NCBI GenBank assembly: GCA_964016885.1
Contig: OZ024743.1
Location: 40,362,001-40,426,000, forward strand
DNA: 64,000 nt
From: Eledone cirrhosa
Lineage: Eukaryota
Direction: 5' to 3'
The first letter of the stretch is position 1. Each line of letters opens with the position of its first letter. Shown here in pieces: positions 60,980-64,000 of this stretch. The notes beneath the pieces were generated by a model, which was not told the DNA's origin, did no database searches, and saw only the letters and a program-made list of their open reading frames with translations. The position numbers and the translations under genes are program-made.

Positions 60980-61360
60980 GATAATATTAATCACATTGAG
61001 CTCGCAGTCAGCGTGGCTTTGAGTTATCAAGGTCGTTAGATTGTAGGGCAAGTTGCCTTGGGGTATATGCTCTGCATATTCATGTTACGATTTATCAAAT
61101 CCTGCCGATTCAAATTTACTTTTTATGAGTTTGGGGGTCAAGAAAATACAATCTCTGTCCACCAAGATGTGGATTATTCGGTAAGATTACTAGAGTTCCG
61201 GAAGAGATAAATTCCTGTATTGGATTCGACACTACCATTCTGTGTTCATATCCCGCTTCCTGCTTTAGGATGCCTTTGGCATTATCCACTCTGTTATATG
61301 AATTCGAACTATGTGTAACTATTTGCAGATAATTCCTCTCCTCTCCGTCTCTCACCAATT
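60980..61360 (-). pseudogene. Decayed protein-coding-like sequence of unknown family (possible EVE)
   Basis: ORF 61116-61358 continues through a frameshift in an A-run: LDPQTHK/SKFESAGFDKS*HEYAEHIPQGNLPYNLTTLITQSHADC. Confidence 0.4.
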
Positions 61361-61436
61361 TTGGGTGATGCGACAGCGACCATGAACACTACCCTTCCTT
61401 TCCTGACTAAACATTCAGAAATTATTCTTTTATGTT

Positions 61437-61622
61437 TGGATTGGCAGTATCGGTAGAGCGTTGGACGCCATGCTTTGACGCATAGAGTTACGGCTCATGT
61501 CTTTCTGAGTTCAAATCCCGCTAAGGTTAACTTTGCCTTTCATGCTTATGGGGTCGATAAAATATAGTACCAGTAATGTACTGGGTATTTGCTGGCCTTG
61601 TGCCAAAAGTAAAAAACAATTA
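61437..61622 (+). mobile_element. tRNA-derived SINE
   Basis: Matches the family seen at 36101. Confidence 0.85.
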
Positions 61623-61812
61623 TATTTCTAATCGTACTCAACATGGTTGAATCTACTCTAAATTGTGTATGACTTGTCTCGTCATGACATTGTGTTTTAG
61701 CAATAAACAAGGTGTCAATCATCTTATGTTAATTTATTGGGATTTAGTTTTAATTCTGAACCTATTGACTCCAGCAGTAGACTCAGCCTATATTTCATTA
61801 GTAAAGCGCATT

Positions 61813-61817
61813 GCAGC

Positions 61818-61848
<31 letters not shown>

Positions 61849-61965
61849 ATGGTGGTAGTAGTAGTAGGAGCAGCAGCAGCAGCAGCAGCAGTAGCAGCAC
61901 CATCAGCAGCAGTAGTAGCAGTAGTAGTAGTAATAGTAGCAGTAGTAGTAGTAGTAGTAGTAGTA
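61813..61965. repeat. (AGT)n/(AGC)n microsatellite
   Basis: Directly visible. Confidence 0.95.
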
Positions 61966-63083
61966 CATTTACTAGGTGGCTTATAACAGCATGTGTTTCA
62001 ATGAAATAAAAATAAGTAAGCAAAAATTGTAGATTCACTTTGTTAATTTGCCATCTCCTCATCTCTTTATCACGAGATTTCATTCGATGTACTTAATGTA
62101 TGTCATGGCTTCATTGACACAAACACTATAACATCAGCGTCTTAATTACCTGTCAGCCAATTGATTAATTCCAAAGCATTTATCTACTGATTAACTCCGA
62201 TTATGAGAAGCGGGATACTGCCAGTCAGAATATTGACACATAAAAATTGTCAACTTCCTCTTTGTCCCTGTTACATTATATATTATACTTCAATTAAGAG
62301 GAAACTTTACACACAACATTCATTTACAAACAGATGTTATCAGTGTCTGCTTCGTGGTGGTACCATATGTGTGTGTTTCTTTGTTTTATTTCGTGTTATT
62401 TGTTTTGTTTAGCTTCACTTTTTTTTTTGTTTTCATGTTTCTTATATCTGAGTTCCAATATTGTCCCGTGGTGCTAATATAAATATATGTATATCTGTAA
62501 CTATCTGCATAACTATCTATTGATATATCTATCAACCTGTCCATCCATATATATATATATATATGAATATACGGTCTTAAGCCCAACACTCCAATCACAG
62601 GAACACAACTATTGTGCGCATAACTCACAAATTGTATAACAATATATACATATATATATATATGCATATATTTATAAGTCGTTTGGAAGCCTCGACAATG
62701 CAAATGGGTAAATCTCCGGGTAACAGGGTCCGGTGTAGGGGAGAGAGAGATATGTAAGTGGGTGTACGTTGAGATGCGTGGTGTGTATAGGTGTGTGAGA
62801 TGTGTAGAATGAAGGGAAGAGTGAAAGGGTAAAAATAATAATAACAACACAAGAGATAGATAGTTACCTTGGGAGAGATTTAATAGTCCCTATATATTTC
62901 GGATTCACATCCATCAACTGGGGTTTTTTTCCGGGGTGGGGGAAAAGGTTGTCTGTCGGACAATTCGGGACGCGTCTTTCGCTGTTTAAGATTTGAATAT
63001 CTGAGGTATTCGGTCGGGCGCGCGTGGGCGCGAAATGGGGCCGGCCGCACAGAAGTATATGTATATATTGTTATACAATTTGA

Positions 63084-63114
<31 letters not shown>

Positions 63115-63174
63115 TTTAAAAAATGTATATATATATATACATATACATATATATATTTATTAAAATAACATTAA

Positions 63175-63225
63175 AGTTTAAGCAAAGAATCGCTGCTTTC
63201 ACCCTTAACGGGATCTTCTGAAACT
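63175..63225 (-). ncRNA. Hammerhead motif with atypical CAGAAGA core in a PLE pLTR fragment
   Basis: agttt-CAGAAGA-tcccgttaagggt-GAAA-gca...tgc-TT-aaact; 3' halves also at ~28217-28245 and ~43665-43691. Confidence 0.55.
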
Positions 63226-64000
63226 AACAACGTCAATCTGTAAACGCAGAACTGGATATTTTAAAAAACGTTGCAACCGGAGGAAGACAGGAAGACGATA
63301 CTTTGGTTCGTGGTAACGTTCGCTGGCAAAGAACGGGAAAAAACGAATAATACGTCATTAATAGGAGCGGTGAAAAACAATTACGCGCAAAGACAGAACC
63401 ACGTTTATGGTATAAAAGAGGTCGTAGACTAATGTTCTCTTAGGTGGTGCATAGAGACGTTCTCTGGCAATGAACGAAAAAACGAAGATAATAAGTCATA
63501 TGTGGAGCGTGGAGAACAATAGCACGCAAAAACAAAACCACGTAAATGGTATAGCAGAAGTCGTAGACTAAAATTAATCTCCGCTACAGAGTTAAGAACA
63601 AAGTAAATAAATACAATACAGAAGAAATAGAAACAAATAAATACATACATGCAAACAGATACGTACATACACAAGCATACGCAAAACCTTACCATAGGTA
63701 TACAAAACCACGTACATATAAATATGTGTGTGTGTGTGTATGCTTGTGTACAAATAAATAAATAATTATATCAACGTATATAAGTAAATAAATTCGTATA
63801 CAACAAGCGCACACGCATACCTACATATAAATACACGAATGTTCGGAGACGTAAGTCAACTAAAACAAGGAGTACACATATACACACACCCTACATACGT
63901 ACGAACCTGCATACTCACGCAGACGCAAAACTCCCGTATACACATAGCCAAACCCTAAATACCAGACTATGTAAAAATTATACGCCATAACAGTCAAATA

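Overview
AT-rich, microsatellite-dense eukaryotic DNA with no convincing intact host gene. The SINE family and repeat style suggest an invertebrate, probably an octopus or other coleoid cephalopod (inference). Retroelements dominate. There are five Penelope-like element (PLE) coding remnants: one near full-length Naiad-like copy, two truncated Naiad-like copies, one Neptune-like and one Nematis/Neptune-like. There are also two RTE-type LINE remnants, an L1/Tx1 fragment, an R4/Dong fragment in (AAT)n, a PIF1-helicase Helitron relic with two non-autonomous Helitrons, and about 14 tRNA-derived SINE copies. The main hidden layer is about 17 type-I hammerhead ribozyme motifs (some with mutated cores) from several PLE families, read by eye. 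They include CCGAAGA-core variants and forms with 75-110 nt stem II inserts. Many sit in short non-coding palindromic, inverted-repeat or tandem elements within (TA)n tracts. Several minus-strand stretches read as decayed non-TE coding sequence and may be endogenous viral elements (unverified). Most supplied ORFs are microsatellite or antisense artefacts. All folds and translations were done by hand.
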